This document shows positions 21,266-32,985 of a stretch of DNA of 64,000 nt, in pieces. A program made the translations under genes and the position numbers. The notes beneath the pieces were generated by a model, which was given only the letters and a program-made list of their open reading frames with translations, did not search any database and was not told the origin of the DNA. Within the stretch, counting starts at the first letter, position 1, and every line of letters begins with the position of its first letter. Source of the DNA: an uncultured Mediterraneibacter sp. Lineage in GTDB: Bacteria > Bacillota > Clostridia > Lachnospirales > Lachnospiraceae. Location: positions 28,206-92,205 of the forward strand of contig CAZJRY010000002.1 of NCBI GenBank assembly GCA_964548625.1, in the 5' to 3' direction.

Positions 21266-23264
21266 GTCTCATAACAATGCGTCCTTCCCGTTCCTCAGCG
21301 TTATTCTCCTCTGTTTCATCAGGCTCCGGAATGCCCTTCACTTCCCGGAATATCTTCATGAATTCTTTGCCCGTGATCGTCTCTTTCTCGATCAGGAAAG
21401 CGGCGATCTTATCAAGCGCTTCCCGGTTCTCGGAAAGGAGTTTCTTCGCCTCCTCATATGCGGCTTTCAGCATCTTCATGACTTCCTCGTCGATCTCGCC
21501 GGCAGTCGCGTCGCCGCAGTTTAATACGGCTCTTCCGTCCAGATACCTGTTCTGGATGGATTCAAGTCCCATCAGCCCAAAGCGCTCGGACATTCCGTAC
21601 TGCGTGATCATGGAACGCGCGATCTTTGTCGCCTGTTCGATATCGTTGGCCGCTCCTGTCGTCACCGTGTCAAAGACAAGTTCTTCCGCGGCGCGCCCGC
21701 CGAGGGACACAACGATCATTGCCTCCAGCTCTTTCTTCGTATTCAGGAATTTTTCTTCCTCCGGCGTCTGCATCACATATCCGAGGGCTCCCATTGTCCT
21801 CGGCACGATCGTGATCTTCTGTACCGGCTCTGTATTTTTCTGGAGCGCTGTGACAAGCGCGTGCCCCACCTCATGGTAAGAGACGATCTGTCTCTCCTCC
21901 TTACTCATGATACGGTCTTTCTTTTCTTTTCCGACAAGAACAACTTCCACCGCTTCAAAGAGATCCTTCTGACTGACCACCTGTCTTCCGTGCTTTACCG
22001 CGTTGATAGCGGCCTCGTTGATCATATTCGCAAGATCCGAGCCGACCGCGCCTGAAGTCGCGAGGGCGATCGCTTCCAGATCCACGCTCTCATCCATGCG
22101 CACGTCCTTCGCGTGTACCTTCAGTATCTCCACACGGCCTTTCAGATCCGGTTTATCCACGATGATCCGCCGGTCAAAACGTCCCGGACGCAGAAGCGCG
22201 GGATCCAGGATCTCCGGGCGGTTCGTTGCAGCCAGGATCAAAAGCCCCTTGTTCGTGTCGAAGCCGTCCATTTCCGCAAGCAATTGGTTGAGCGTCTGCT
22301 CCCGTTCGTCATTTCCGCCAAGCGAAGAATCACGGGTCTTTCCGATAGCGTCGATCTCATCGATAAATACAATGCACGGAGCCTGCTGCTGAGCCTGTTT
22401 GAACAGATCGCGAACACGGGAGGCTCCCACACCCACATACATCTCTACAAACGCAGATCCCGACAGAGAGAAAAACGGAACCTTCGCCTCTCCCGCCACT
22501 GCTTTCGCCAGAAGCGTCTTTCCGGTCCCCGGCGGTCCGACGAGCAGCGCGCCCTTGGGAAGTTTCGCGCCGATGCCGCTGTATTTCCCCGGATTATGGA
22601 GGAAATCCACCACTTCCTGCAGAGATTCTTTCGCCTCGTCTTCACCGGCCACATCCTGAAATGTGACCCCGGTCTCTTTCTCCATATACATCTTGGCGTT
22701 GCTCTTGCCGACGCCCATCACGCCTCCGCCTTTGGTCATCTTCCTCATCAGCCAGATGAGCATCACCGCCATCAGGCCGATCGGAAGGACCACTGTCAGG
22801 AACAGCTCGAGAAGTGTCTGACTCACGGTATCTGCGGGCTGGCTTCCGAATTCTATCCCTGCTTCCTCAAGTCTTTCCACCAGAGAATAGTCGCTGACAT
22901 ATCCTGTATAATAGTCCGGTTCCTGTTCGGTTTCATTCCCGGTACTGCTTTCCGACTGTATCTGTTCCTGGAGCTGGCTCCATGCATCTCCGGAGCTGCC
23001 GGTCTCTCCGTTCTCCTGCAGTTCCTCCTGCCGCGCCTCGTCGGTCAGTGTAATATAGATCCGGTCACTGCCGAGGCTTACTTCCTGTACTTTCCCCTCA
23101 TCGACCAGTGAGAGAAATTGGTCATAACTGATCTCTTCCGGGCCGGATCCCCCCATCATAGAATACAGCCCCATCACTACAAATGTGACCAGCAGGGTTG
23201 TCGCGAGGATGATCCCCCAGCCCTGCCGGTTGTGATTCGGATCTTTATTTTTATTATTATCCAT
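21255..23264 (-). CDS. ftsH: ATP-dependent zinc metalloprotease FtsH (paralog)
   Basis: Two TM segments, [17 protein letters not shown] motif, HEVGH. Start moved to ATG 23264 (AGGAGG). Confidence 0.95.
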   Translation of the reverse strand: MDNNKNKDPNHNRQGWGIILATTLLVTFVVMGLYSMMGGSGPEEISYDQFLSLVDEGKVQEVSLGSDRIYITLTDEARQEELQENGETGSSGDAWSQLQEQIQSESSTGNETEQEPDYYTGYVSDYSLVERLEEAGIEFGSQPADTVSQTLLELFLTVVLPIGLMAVMLIWLMRKMTKGGGVMGVGKSNAKMYMEKETGVTFQDVAGEDEAKESLQEVVDFLHNPGKYSGIGAKLPKGALLVGPPGTGKTLLAKAVAGEAKVPFFSLSGSAFVEMYVGVGASRVRDLFKQAQQQAPCIVFIDEIDAIGKTRDSSLGGNDEREQTLNQLLAEMDGFDTNKGLLILAATNRPEILDPALLRPGRFDRRIIVDKPDLKGRVEILKVHAKDVRMDESVDLEAIALATSGAVGSDLANMINEAAINAVKHGRQVVSQKDLFEAVEVVLVGKEKKDRIMSKEERQIVSYHEVGHALVTALQKNTEPVQKITIVPRTMGALGYVMQTPEEEKFLNTKKELEAMIVVSLGGRAAEELVFDTVTTGAANDIEQATKIARSMITQYGMSERFGLMGLESIQNRYLDGRAVLNCGDATAGEIDEEVMKMLKAAYEEAKKLLSENREALDKIAAFLIEKETITGKEFMKIFREVKGIPEPDETEENNAEEREGRIVMRHGE

Positions 23265-23421
23265 TCTATTCCTCCTAAAAACAGCTATTAATATTATAAG
23301 GAGAGGTTTTACATAAATCAACAAAAACATTATGAAATTTCTGTACTTTCTGAATGTTCTGTTGTATACTATATGGGTATTTTTGCCGTTCATCAGATTT
23401 ATACACAGGAGGACACTTATT

Positions 23422-25047
23422 ATGGCAGTAAAGTATGTATTTGTTACCGGAGGCGTTGTATCCGGCCTCGGCAAAGGGATAACGGCCGCCTCTCTCGGAC
23501 GCCTGTTAAAGGCCCGCGGATATACCGTGACCATGCAGAAATTCGATCCTTACATCAACATTGATCCGGGTACTATGAACCCGGTCCAGCACGGGGAAGT
23601 CTTTGTCACGGACGACGGCGCGGAGACAGATCTGGATCTGGGGCATTATGAGCGTTTCATCGATGAGAGCCTGACGAAGAATTCAAACGTCACGACCGGT
23701 AAGATCTACTGGTCCGTACTCCAGCAGGAGCGCCGGGGCGACTTCGGCGGAGGCACCGTTCAGGTCATCCCGCACATCACCAATGAGATCAAGAGCAAGT
23801 TCTACCGGAATCCGGCGGCAAAAGACACGGAGATCGCGATCATCGAAGTCGGCGGCACGGTAGGAGACATCGAGAGCCAGCCTTTCCTCGAATCCATCCG
23901 CCAGTTCCAGCATGAGAAAGGATTTGAGAATGTCATCCTCATCCATGTAACACTGATCCCCTATCTGAGAGCTTCTCAGGAAATGAAAACAAAACCTACG
24001 CAGGCCAGCGTAAAGGAACTGCAGGGAATGGGGATCCAGCCGGATATCATCGTATGCCGCTCCGAGTATCCTCTTGACGCCGGCATGAAAGACAAGATTT
24101 CCCTGTTCTGTAACCTGCCTGCCAGCCATGTTCTCCAGAATCTGGACGTAGAGTATCTCTATGAGGCTCCTCTCGCTATGGAGAAGGAACATCTCGCGCA
24201 GGTCGTATGCGAATGTCTTCATCTGGACTGCCCGGAACCGGATCTCAAAGACTGGATCGATATGGTAGAGAATCTGCGTCACCCGACGCAGGAAGTGACT
24301 GTAGCGCTCGTCGGCAAATATATCCAGCTCCACGACGCCTATATCAGTGTAGTCGAAGCGTTAAAGCACGGCGGTATCTACTCTCATACTACCGTGAACA
24401 TCAAATGGGTAGACTCTGAGACTGTCACCGAAGAAAACGCGGAGGAGATCTTCTCCGATGTCAGCGGCATCCTCGTGCCCGGCGGTTTCGGCCACAGAGG
24501 GATCGAAGGCAAGATCACGGCCGTCAACTACGCCCGCACTCACGGAGTCCCGTTCCTCGGCCTGTGCCTCGGCATGCAGCTGGCCATCGTGGAATTCGCG
24601 AGAAATGTGATCGGATACAATGACGCGCACAGCATGGAACTGAAGCCGGACACGACCCATCCGGTCATCCATATCATGCCGGATCAGATCGGCGTGGAAG
24701 ATATCGGCGGCACGCTCCGTCTCGGCGCGTATCCGTGTGTGCTCAAAGAAGGATCCCTTGCAGAGAAACTGTACGGCACAAGTGAGATCAGTGAACGCCA
24801 CCGTCACCGCTATGAAGTAAACAATGATTACCGTGACGTCCTTGAGGAACACGGGATGTCTCTGTGCGGACTCTCTCCGGACAGCCGCATCATCGAAATG
24901 ATCGAAATCCCGTCCCATCCGTGGTTCATTGCGACACAGGCGCATCCGGAACTCAAGTCCAGACCGAACAGGCCACATCCGCTCTTTAAGGGATTTGTAG
25001 AGGCTGCTCTCAAAAGACATAACGAGACGGCGCAGACTCAGGATTAA
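23422..25047 (+). CDS. pyrG: CTP synthase
   Basis: [45 protein letters not shown] before ATG 23422. Confidence 0.98.
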   Translation: MAVKYVFVTGGVVSGLGKGITAASLGRLLKARGYTVTMQKFDPYINIDPGTMNPVQHGEVFVTDDGAETDLDLGHYERFIDESLTKNSNVTTGKIYWSVLQQERRGDFGGGTVQVIPHITNEIKSKFYRNPAAKDTEIAIIEVGGTVGDIESQPFLESIRQFQHEKGFENVILIHVTLIPYLRASQEMKTKPTQASVKELQGMGIQPDIIVCRSEYPLDAGMKDKISLFCNLPASHVLQNLDVEYLYEAPLAMEKEHLAQVVCECLHLDCPEPDLKDWIDMVENLRHPTQEVTVALVGKYIQLHDAYISVVEALKHGGIYSHTTVNIKWVDSETVTEENAEEIFSDVSGILVPGGFGHRGIEGKITAVNYARTHGVPFLGLCLGMQLAIVEFARNVIGYNDAHSMELKPDTTHPVIHIMPDQIGVEDIGGTLRLGAYPCVLKEGSLAEKLYGTSEISERHRHRYEVNNDYRDVLEEHGMSLCGLSPDSRIIEMIEIPSHPWFIATQAHPELKSRPNRPHPLFKGFVEAALKRHNETAQTQD

Positions 25048-25084
25048 AGAGACCGGTAATACAGAAGATCAGCGTTTCCTTATC

Positions 25085-26026
25085 TCAGGACACGCTGATC
25101 TCTTCGTTTTCAAACAGTTCATCTATGATCTTTTCATATACTGCGCATTTCTCGGATTTTTTTATTTTCTTCGCATATTTCTTATAATTTGTAAATCCGG
25201 GCGCAAGATATGTCCACAACTCTTTCATTTTATAAAGGACCGTCCGCTCGCCGGACATCTCTTCGCAGTACCCCGCGTAAAGAAGGTCGTGGAAACGCCG
25301 CAGTTCCGGAGCGCCGGCTTTTGCCCCTCCCCGGATCTCACGCGCCAGAGACGGATCGGCCAGAACCCCTCTTCCCATCATGATACGATCTGCGGACGGC
25401 TGCATCCGCACAAAGCGTCTGTAATCTTCCGGAGTAAAAATATCCCCGTTATAGCAGACCGGGTTTCTGCTCTTCTGCAGAGCCTCTGCAAATAATTTCA
25501 TATTCGGAGTGTTTTTATAGAAATCTTTCCGTACCCGCGGATGGATGATCAGCTCCTCCAGCGGATATTTATTATATATCTCCAGAAGATGATAAAATTC
25601 CTCCGGCTCTTCCATTCCCAGTCTTGTCTTGACGGAGATCCGGATCCCGCATTTTTCAAATATCTCGTACAGAAAATCGTCCAGCCTGTCCGGAGACGCG
25701 AGGAACCCCGCTCCCCTCCCCTTCGTCACAACGGTGCCGGACGGGCATCCGAGGTTCAGATTGATCTCCTCATATCCGTACGTACCGAGCTTGTACGCCG
25801 TCCGGATAAAATCCTCCGGCCTGTTCGTAAGGATCTGGGGAACCGTATACATGCCCTCATTGTGTTCCGGCAGGATATCCTTCTTCTCTCTGGCGCTGAA
25901 ATGTCCCATCTGGTTCGGCCGGATAAACGGCACGAAATATTTGTCGAATCCGCCGAAGCATTCATGGACGGCGCTGCGGAAGATCCATCCCGTAATCCCC
26001 TCAAGCGGGGCTGAATAAAGTCTCAT
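25085..26026 (-). CDS. dus: tRNA-dihydrouridine synthase family protein
   Basis: APLEGIT, NLNLGCP, SVKTRLG, IIHPR, CYNGDI, MMGRG. Confidence 0.92.
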   Translation of the reverse strand: MRLYSAPLEGITGWIFRSAVHECFGGFDKYFVPFIRPNQMGHFSAREKKDILPEHNEGMYTVPQILTNRPEDFIRTAYKLGTYGYEEINLNLGCPSGTVVTKGRGAGFLASPDRLDDFLYEIFEKCGIRISVKTRLGMEEPEEFYHLLEIYNKYPLEELIIHPRVRKDFYKNTPNMKLFAEALQKSRNPVCYNGDIFTPEDYRRFVRMQPSADRIMMGRGVLADPSLAREIRGGAKAGAPELRRFHDLLYAGYCEEMSGERTVLYKMKELWTYLAPGFTNYKKYAKKIKKSEKCAVYEKIIDELFENEEISVS

Positions 26027-26167
26027 AACTCTTCTCTCTTTCGTCAGACTGCGGTCATACAGTCATACGTTATTACAGGATGGAACTTCTTGTCAAGCAG
26101 AAAATGATATGCTAATATGTTCAACGGAATAGAATTGAAACAGGTATGTTACGCAAGGAGTGATACC

Positions 26168-27889
26168 ATGCACACGATCAGAAAATTCATCGATTACTAT
26201 ACGCCGTACAAGGCGGTTTTCTTTGTTGACCTTATCTGCGCCGCTGTTATCAGCATCGTGGATCTCGCGTACCCGCAGTTCCTGCGCGCGATGACAAACA
26301 CGCTTTTCACCGGAGACAGCGCCTCGATCCTCAGCGCGCTGCCCTGGATCGCCCTCGGACTTCTCGCCATGTATATCGTCCAGAGCCTCTGCAAATATTA
26401 TGTAAGTTATCGGGGACACATGATGGGCGCCGAAATGGAGCGGGATATGCGCCAACAGCTCTTTGACCACTATGAGAAGCTGTCCTTTTCCTACTACAGC
26501 CGGAACAATTCCGGCCAGATGATGAGCAAACTTGTCTCTGACCTGTTTGATATCGCGGAATTCGCGCACCACGGTCCCGAGAACCTCTTTATCTCCGTGA
26601 TAAAGATCGCCGGCTCCTTCATCTTCCTGTTCCTCATTAACCGGCGGCTGGCGCTTCCCCTTGTTGTTCTCGTCCTGTGCATGTTCATCTTCTCATTCCG
26701 GCAGAATCAGCGGATGCAGGAAACCTTCATGGATAACCGCAGGAAGATCGGAGACATCAACTCCAGCCTGCAGGATACGCTGGCGGGGATCCGTGTCGTT
26801 CAGTCCTTTGCCAACGAAGAGATCGAACGGGAGAAATTCAGGCAGAGCAACCATGCCTTTCTTGTTTCCAAGCGGAACAACTATAACTGCATGGGAAATT
26901 TCATGGGATGGAACCTTTTCTTCCAGGGCATGATGTATCTTGTAACACTTGTATTCGGCGGGTATCTCATCGCCCGCGGTCTGATGAACGTTACCGATCT
27001 TGCAATGTACGCGCTGTATATCGGCATCTTCATCAGCCCGATCCAGATCCTTGTAGAATTGATCGAGATGATGCAGAAAGGGCTGGCCGGCTTCCGCCGT
27101 TTCCTGGACGTGATGGAGACAGAGCCGGAGATTGTCGACGCTCCGGACGCAAAGCCGCTCACTGACGTAAAAGGGCATGTCTGCTACGAGGATGTATCCT
27201 TCCACTACAGTGATGACGACACACCTGTGCTCTCCCATGTATCCTTCGAGATTCCGGCCGGAAAGTCCATCGCCCTTGTAGGTCCGTCAGGAAGCGGGAA
27301 AACGACCGTCTGCTCTCTCCTTCCCAGATTCTACGATGTGACAGGCGGACGGATCACGATCGACGGAAAGGATATCCGCACACTGACCCTTGAAAGCCTG
27401 AGGACTCAGATCGGCATGGTGCAGCAGGATGTCTACCTTTTCTCAGGCACGATACGGGAAAATATCGCCTACGGAAAACCCGGGGCATCTGCGGATGAGA
27501 TCATCGAAGCCGCAAAGCGCGCCAATATCCATGATTTCATCGAAGAGCTGCCGGACGGTTACGACACCTTTGTCGGCGAGCGCGGCGCCCGCCTCTCGGG
27601 CGGGCAGAAACAGCGCATTTCCATTGCCCGGGTGTTCCTGAAGAATCCGCCGGTCCTGATCCTCGACGAGGCGACCAGCGCCCTTGACAACGAAAGCGAA
27701 CACCGGATACAACAGAGCCTGGAAGAACTCTCCGAAGGCAGGACGACCATCACGATCGCCCACCGTCTCTCCACCATCCGCAATGCCGATGAGATCATCG
27801 TGATCACAGAGGACGGGATCGCCGAGCGCGGGACCCATGAATCACTGCTCCGGCAGAACGGGATCTATGCGCACTACTACAATATGTAG
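26168..27889 (+). CDS. ABC exporter, fused permease/ATP-binding (MsbA/multidrug type)
   Basis: TM domain plus [32 protein letters not shown] before ATG 26168. Confidence 0.93.
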   Translation: MHTIRKFIDYYTPYKAVFFVDLICAAVISIVDLAYPQFLRAMTNTLFTGDSASILSALPWIALGLLAMYIVQSLCKYYVSYRGHMMGAEMERDMRQQLFDHYEKLSFSYYSRNNSGQMMSKLVSDLFDIAEFAHHGPENLFISVIKIAGSFIFLFLINRRLALPLVVLVLCMFIFSFRQNQRMQETFMDNRRKIGDINSSLQDTLAGIRVVQSFANEEIEREKFRQSNHAFLVSKRNNYNCMGNFMGWNLFFQGMMYLVTLVFGGYLIARGLMNVTDLAMYALYIGIFISPIQILVELIEMMQKGLAGFRRFLDVMETEPEIVDAPDAKPLTDVKGHVCYEDVSFHYSDDDTPVLSHVSFEIPAGKSIALVGPSGSGKTTVCSLLPRFYDVTGGRITIDGKDIRTLTLESLRTQIGMVQQDVYLFSGTIRENIAYGKPGASADEIIEAAKRANIHDFIEELPDGYDTFVGERGARLSGGQKQRISIARVFLKNPPVLILDEATSALDNESEHRIQQSLEELSEGRTTITIAHRLSTIRNADEIIVITEDGIAERGTHESLLRQNGIYAHYYNM

Positions 27890-27902
27890 ATATATACGGC
27901 TT

Positions 27903-28642
27903 TTATTCGTAGCGCGCCATTTCCCGTTTGAGCCTCTGCATGATCTTCTTCTCCAGCCGGGAGATATAAGACTGCGAGATCCCGAGGAGATCCGCCACTT
28001 CTTTCTGTGTTTTTCCCTGCCCTCCGGATTGTCCAGCCCGAAGCGCATCTTTACGATCATTTTTTCCCGGTTGGACAGTTTGTTGAGGGCACGGACAAGA
28101 AGTTTTCTTTCCGCCTCATTTTCAAGATCGCGGTATATCGTGTCTTCCTCTGTCCCGAGGATATCCGAGAGAAGAAGTTCGTTTCCGTCCCAGTCCACGT
28201 TGAGCGGCTCGTCTATGGATACCTCCAGTTTCGTTTTACTGTTGCGTCTGAGATACATCAGTATCTCGTTCTCAATACACCGGGACGCGTAAGTCGCCAG
28301 CTTTATCTTTTTCTTTGGATTAAATGTATTGATCGCTTTGATCAGTCCGATCGTTCCTATAGAGATCAGGTCCTCTACGCCGACCCCCGTGTTGTCGAAT
28401 TTCTTGGCGATATAGACTACAAGTCGGAGATTATGCTCGATGAGTACTTTCTTTGCATGTTCGTCTCTTCCCGTTCCAAGACGGCCGATCATCTCCTTTT
28501 CCAGCCCGCTTTCCAACGGCGGCGGAAGTATCTCCGTTCCTCCTATATAATGGATTTCTTTTCCGTTTCCGAATATCAGGCTTCTGATATCCGATATGAT
28601 CCGCATCCTGAGCGGACGCGTGACTGTTCCATTTTCCAACAT
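27903..28642 (-). pseudogene. sigE: Pro-sigma-E (sporulation sigma factor) with a 1-nt frameshift at 28010..28014 (real mutation or sequencing error)
   Basis: [48 protein letters not shown]. After ...PEGREK the expected [35 protein letters not shown] appears in another frame, ending at TAA 27905..27903. Confidence 0.9.
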
Positions 28643-28675
28643 CCAGTCTCCTCCTAATGATTATGGTTTAAAGTC

Positions 28676-29461
28676 TCATCCGGAAAAAATCGCCGGATTC
28701 AGGATCATTTCATACTCTTCGTCCCCGGACAGGGATTTCTCCCCTATCCCGAGCAGCGGATTTTCTATCCATTTCTCTTCTTCCATATGAACGCACATTT
28801 TTTTCACCCGAAAAACTTTCATGACAGATTCTCCGCTGATACAATGATAGGGAATCATATGAAATCCTTTTTCCGCTCCCATATGATCCGCTATGGCCGC
28901 CGCGGTCTCCGGGTCTATGATATTTACGGGTTCTCCGGTATAACAGTCTCTCAGTTCGTTTCCCGTATCCAGAAGAGCTTTCACGGGCCGCCCGCCCCGG
29001 TCTGTATACAGCGTTACCTGAAGGATCCTGCTCTGCTTCCTGTACATGTGGGCGATGAGCCGCCACAGTTGCAGGAAAACCATATAACTGAAAACACCCG
29101 CCGCGTAAAACAGGCTCACATAACGCATATACGGACGGAAGATCTGCATAATTCCTCCTGTCATGACCGCTGCCGCGTACAGCAGCAAAACAGCCTGTAT
29201 GAACTGAGAGAGCCGCTTGATCCGAAGTCCCGATAAGATCATAGCGCTGCTGACAAGCGTATGAAAGATGATCGTTCTGACTGCCGGAGGAAATGAGACG
29301 GCAATCGCCAGACATGTCAGGAGACTGCCGGCAAAACCGCCGAGAAAGATACGGACCGGCGGACGTCCGTTATTCATCACACGGTTTATGATCAGAAGGA
29401 GAATGCTGTCCATCATGAAATTCTCAAGGAAAAATACATCTATGTACAACTCATAATACAT
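28676..29461 (-). CDS. spoIIGA: Sigma-E processing peptidase SpoIIGA
   Basis: YIDVFFLENFMMD, several TM helices, aspartic protease motif ALLDTGN, directly upstream of sigE. Confidence 0.93.
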   Translation of the reverse strand: MYYELYIDVFFLENFMMDSILLLIINRVMNNGRPPVRIFLGGFAGSLLTCLAIAVSFPPAVRTIIFHTLVSSAMILSGLRIKRLSQFIQAVLLLYAAAVMTGGIMQIFRPYMRYVSLFYAAGVFSYMVFLQLWRLIAHMYRKQSRILQVTLYTDRGGRPVKALLDTGNELRDCYTGEPVNIIDPETAAAIADHMGAEKGFHMIPYHCISGESVMKVFRVKKMCVHMEEEKWIENPLLGIGEKSLSGDEEYEMILNPAIFSG

Positions 29462-29499
29462 GTCTCACCTTCTTTCCCTCCGGTAACGATCCGGGAATT

Positions 29500-29565
29500 A
29501 TTATATCGCCCGGACAGGAATAAAATTTGTCAGAAAATGACAGATGAAGAACATATATTTCGACA
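29500..29565 (-). promoter_or_regulatory. spoIIG promoter: TATAAT with upstream Spo0A boxes
   Basis: Minus strand has a perfect TGTCGAA (29565..29559), degenerate TGTCATT and TGACAAA (29542..29526), and TATAAT (29505..29500). Confidence 0.7.
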
Positions 29566-29575
29566 TGGAGGAAAG

Positions 29576-29617
29576 AAAAAAACTCTGTGTGAACCTTTAT
29601 TGTCCACACAGAGTTTT
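29576..29617 (-). terminator. ftsZ intrinsic terminator
   Basis: AAAACTCTGTGTG...CACACAGAGTTTT stem followed by a T run on the minus strand. Confidence 0.75.
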
Positions 29618-29645
29618 CGCGTTGTTCCGTACTCTTTACGAATCT

Positions 29646-30836
29646 TTATTTCTTAAAGAAATCCGGGATTTTAATCGTCTGTTCTTTTACATTGCTGGAC
29701 GGAGTCCTCGGCTGAAGGGTCGGCATTGTCCCGCCCTGCGGTCTGGATGCAGCGCCTGTTCCCGCTCCCGCGGACCTCTTCTCTCCGTCAAGGCGGCTTC
29801 TTACCGGAGACTCACCGTTCGGAAGGATAGAGCCGACTTTCTGCTGTCCCTCCAGTCTTGCTTTTAACTTGGAAGCGCTGCCGCCGACATTATGTAAGCC
29901 TGTCGCGATAACAGTAATCGTACATTCATCAGACTTCGTATCGTCATACATCGCGCCGAAGATGATACTTGCGCTTTCTCCCGCAAGCTCCTGTACATAA
30001 TCAGCCGCGTCAGAAGCGTCCATAAGGGTAATATCACCGGATACATTGACAATGACATTGGAAGCGCCCTGAATCGTTGTCTCAAGCAGCGGACTTGCAA
30101 CCGCCTCCTTGACAGCCTCGAGAGCCTTGTCGTCGCCGCGGCCGGAACCGATGCCGATATGAGCGATCCCCTTGTCCTTCATAACAGTCTGAATATCCGC
30201 GAAGTCCAGATTGATCAGAGAAGGCACATTGATCAGGTCCGTGATGCCCTGAATACCCTGCTGCAGCACCTCGTCCGCTTTTTTGAGCGCTTCGGGCATT
30301 GTCGTGCGTCTGTCAACCACTTCAAGAAGTTTATCATTGGGAATCACGATGATCGTATCAACATTCTCTTTTAATTTATCAATACCGTTCAGGGCGTTCT
30401 GCATTCTTGTCTTGGATTCAAAACGGAACGGCTTTGTGACTACGCCTACCGTCAGCGCCCCCTGCTCTTTCGCGATACGGGCGATCACCGGAGCCGCGCC
30501 TGTACCTGTTCCGCCGCCCATGCCGCAGGTGACGAACACCATATCCGCGCCTTTAAGAGCCGCCGAGATCTCTTCCGAACTTTCCTCTGCCGCTTTCTCT
30601 CCCACCTCAGGCTGCGCGCCCGCGCCGAGTCCTTTTGTAAGTTTCTCGCCGATCTGCATAAGGGTCGGCGCCTTACAGAGCTGCAGTGCCTGCTTATCTG
30701 TATTTACTGCGATAAATTCCACGCCCGCGATCTGTTCGTCGATCATGCGGTTCACAGCGTTATTTCCGCCGCCGCCTACTCCGACAACGATTATTCTTGC
30801 GGCCGCTTCTGATTCGTTGGTCTTAATTTCTAACAA
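29646..30836 (-). CDS. ftsZ: Cell division protein FtsZ
   Basis: [26 protein letters not shown]-terminal [12 protein letters not shown] start with AGGAGG. Confidence 0.99.
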   Translation of the reverse strand: MLEIKTNESEAAARIIVVGVGGGGNNAVNRMIDEQIAGVEFIAVNTDKQALQLCKAPTLMQIGEKLTKGLGAGAQPEVGEKAAEESSEEISAALKGADMVFVTCGMGGGTGTGAAPVIARIAKEQGALTVGVVTKPFRFESKTRMQNALNGIDKLKENVDTIIVIPNDKLLEVVDRRTTMPEALKKADEVLQQGIQGITDLINVPSLINLDFADIQTVMKDKGIAHIGIGSGRGDDKALEAVKEAVASPLLETTIQGASNVIVNVSGDITLMDASDAADYVQELAGESASIIFGAMYDDTKSDECTITVIATGLHNVGGSASKLKARLEGQQKVGSILPNGESPVRSRLDGEKRSAGAGTGAASRPQGGTMPTLQPRTPSSNVKEQTIKIPDFFKK

Positions 30837-31058
30837 AAGTATTTCCTCCTTTGTCGTCTTATTAATTTCTTATACATCCCTTTATTTATTGAACCTTACA
30901 ATCCAATAAGTATATAATAAAGTCTTTTCCGCAAATAATCAATAGATTTTTTCCTGTTTTTCTGATTTTTTATACTATTCGGCCATGCGCAGATATATTC
31001 ATATGAGCTGTGCAGGCCTGCCTGCGGCGGGTCATGCGGATATATCTGCATTTGGCGT

Positions 31059-31796
31059 TTAATCGGCCGGTACAAACGATATCGATCCGGAATCGGAATC
31101 ATAATTTTCCAGATGCAGCGTTCCCTCTGTATCCGGATACAATTCAGATAATTTCTCAAGGATGGGGGAAACCTGCCGGAGTTTCTCCTCGTAGCCGTCG
31201 TCTCCGAGAAGCACTTCCACGACTCCGAAATATAACCGGATGTCCCCCTCCGCGCAGGAGATACTGTCGGGCGTAAGGCTGTACTTTTTCAGATAGCGCG
31301 ACGCTTCCACGATCTTTTCAAAGATGCTGTCATCCTCTACGGGAAGTGCGGAACCCAGTTCTACCGCGCTCTCGTCAAAGGACAGTCCCTCGATATACGG
31401 TACGTCCTCATACTGTTTATTCGTCTTCAGAGCGGCTGTCCCGTCCCCGTCAAAATACAGATACATCTCATCATAGTCCACATATCCCGCCATTTCTTTC
31501 TCTTCGACAGTCACCAGAACAGTCCACGGGTTCTTCAGCGAAATATCCAGGCTCTCGATGCCGGCCGGGAGTTCCGGATCCATGAAATCATATTTGAGAA
31601 GTATATATAATGTATTGACCGAGAGCTTGTCCCTCTGTACCAGTGCGGTGATCGTATTTTCACTGTAGTAGGAATTCCCCTCCACTTCAACCGTACGCGT
31701 CCGGAACAGCAGCACGGCTGCCGCGGCCAGTGCGATCAGGACCAGCAGTACGGCGAATACGGCCGGCCATATCTTTCCGCGCTTCTTTTTTTTCAT
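31059..31796 (-). CDS. ftsQ: Cell division protein FtsQ/DivIB
   Basis: Basic N-terminus, one TM helix, POTRA-like VEVEGNSYYS...PWTVLVTVEEK, located between ftsW and ftsZ. Confidence 0.8.
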   Translation of the reverse strand: MKKKKRGKIWPAVFAVLLVLIALAAAAVLLFRTRTVEVEGNSYYSENTITALVQRDKLSVNTLYILLKYDFMDPELPAGIESLDISLKNPWTVLVTVEEKEMAGYVDYDEMYLYFDGDGTAALKTNKQYEDVPYIEGLSFDESAVELGSALPVEDDSIFEKIVEASRYLKKYSLTPDSISCAEGDIRLYFGVVEVLLGDDGYEEKLRQVSPILEKLSELYPDTEGTLHLENYDSDSGSISFVPAD

Positions 31797-31885
31797 CGAA
31801 AAATGCCTCCTTTGTATTTCACGGCTCATACGTTCCTCTTTTGTCCGGCCGGATAAGACGGAAAGCCTCTGATGAGATTTCCACT

Positions 31886-32971
31886 TTATTCTACCAGACC
31901 GGACACACTGAGTACAAGTCCCATTTCCAGCAGCAGAAATACTACTGATGTTCCGCCGTAACTGATAAACGGAAGTGTGATGCCCGTATTCGGGATAGAA
32001 TTGGTCACGACCGCGATATTCAGGATCACCTGTATCATCATATGCGCCATCGCTCCCGCCGCGATCAAAGCCCCCAGCAGATCCGGCGCCTTTGTCGCGA
32101 TCACGAAGAAACGCCAGATCAGCAGAAAAAACAGCAGGATGATGATCCCGGCTCCGACCAGCCCCAGTTCCTCACAGATAATCGAGAAGATCATATCATT
32201 CTGCGCCTCCGGAAGAAAGCCCAGCTTCTGCACACTGTTTCCCAGCCCCCGTCCGAAAAGCCCGCCGCTTCCGATCGCGTACAGCCCCTGCAGAGTCTGA
32301 TACCCTTTCTCATACTGCTCCGGATTACGCCATATCGCAAGCCGTTCCAGCCGGTAACTCTCCATGGCGAGAAACACTGCCATAAACGCGGTTCCGGCCG
32401 CTCCCATCCAGATGAACTGGGAATACTTCGGACTTGCCGTAAAGATCATCACCACGGCAATCCCGAGGATGATAATTGCCGTACTCAGATTGCTTGCCCC
32501 GACCAGCGCCACGATAGGCGCTACAGGCAGTATCATAAGGACCAGCGTCCGGAATTTCCCCATCTGCTTCGCATGTCTTGTGACGAGACACGCGAGGAAC
32601 AGGATGACCGCCACCTTGGCAAATTCAGACGGCTGAAAAGAAACAGGGCCCAAAGACAGCCATCTTTTGGACCCGTTATACTCATCTCCGAAGAACATGA
32701 CCGCCACCGACAGGGCAATCGCGGCCAGATAGCCCGGTATCGCCAGCGCCGCCCATCTGTGGTAATCGATCCTCGATACGATCACCATGCCGAGAAGCCC
32801 GATAAATGTGGCAAATCCCTGTTTCTTCAGATAATAAAAGGAATCGTGGAACTTTACCTCTCCATTATATGAACTTGTGCTGTACAGCATCACAAGCCCG
32901 GTCACAACGAGAATGATCACCACGGTGAGCAGTGTCTCGTCATAACGCCTCTTCTTATTGGAACGCTCCAA
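31886..32971 (-). CDS. ftsW: SEDS peptidoglycan polymerase FtsW/SpoVE
   Basis: GSKRWL, FQPSEFAK, YQTLQGLYAIGSGG, LPEAQNDMIF, LPFISYGG. Lies in the dcw cluster. Confidence 0.92.
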   Translation of the reverse strand: MERSNKKRRYDETLLTVVIILVVTGLVMLYSTSSYNGEVKFHDSFYYLKKQGFATFIGLLGMVIVSRIDYHRWAALAIPGYLAAIALSVAVMFFGDEYNGSKRWLSLGPVSFQPSEFAKVAVILFLACLVTRHAKQMGKFRTLVLMILPVAPIVALVGASNLSTAIIILGIAVVMIFTASPKYSQFIWMGAAGTAFMAVFLAMESYRLERLAIWRNPEQYEKGYQTLQGLYAIGSGGLFGRGLGNSVQKLGFLPEAQNDMIFSIICEELGLVGAGIIILLFFLLIWRFFVIATKAPDLLGALIAAGAMAHMMIQVILNIAVVTNSIPNTGITLPFISYGGTSVVFLLLEMGLVLSVSGLVE

Positions 32972-32985
32972 TCCAAATCCACTCC

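Noticed and set aside
23365-23421. pyrG reiterative-transcription attenuator (GGG at 23375..23377 just after TATACT)
   Set aside because: GGG is followed by T rather than C, and the short leader has no terminator hairpin, so the Bacillus-type mechanism is unsupported.
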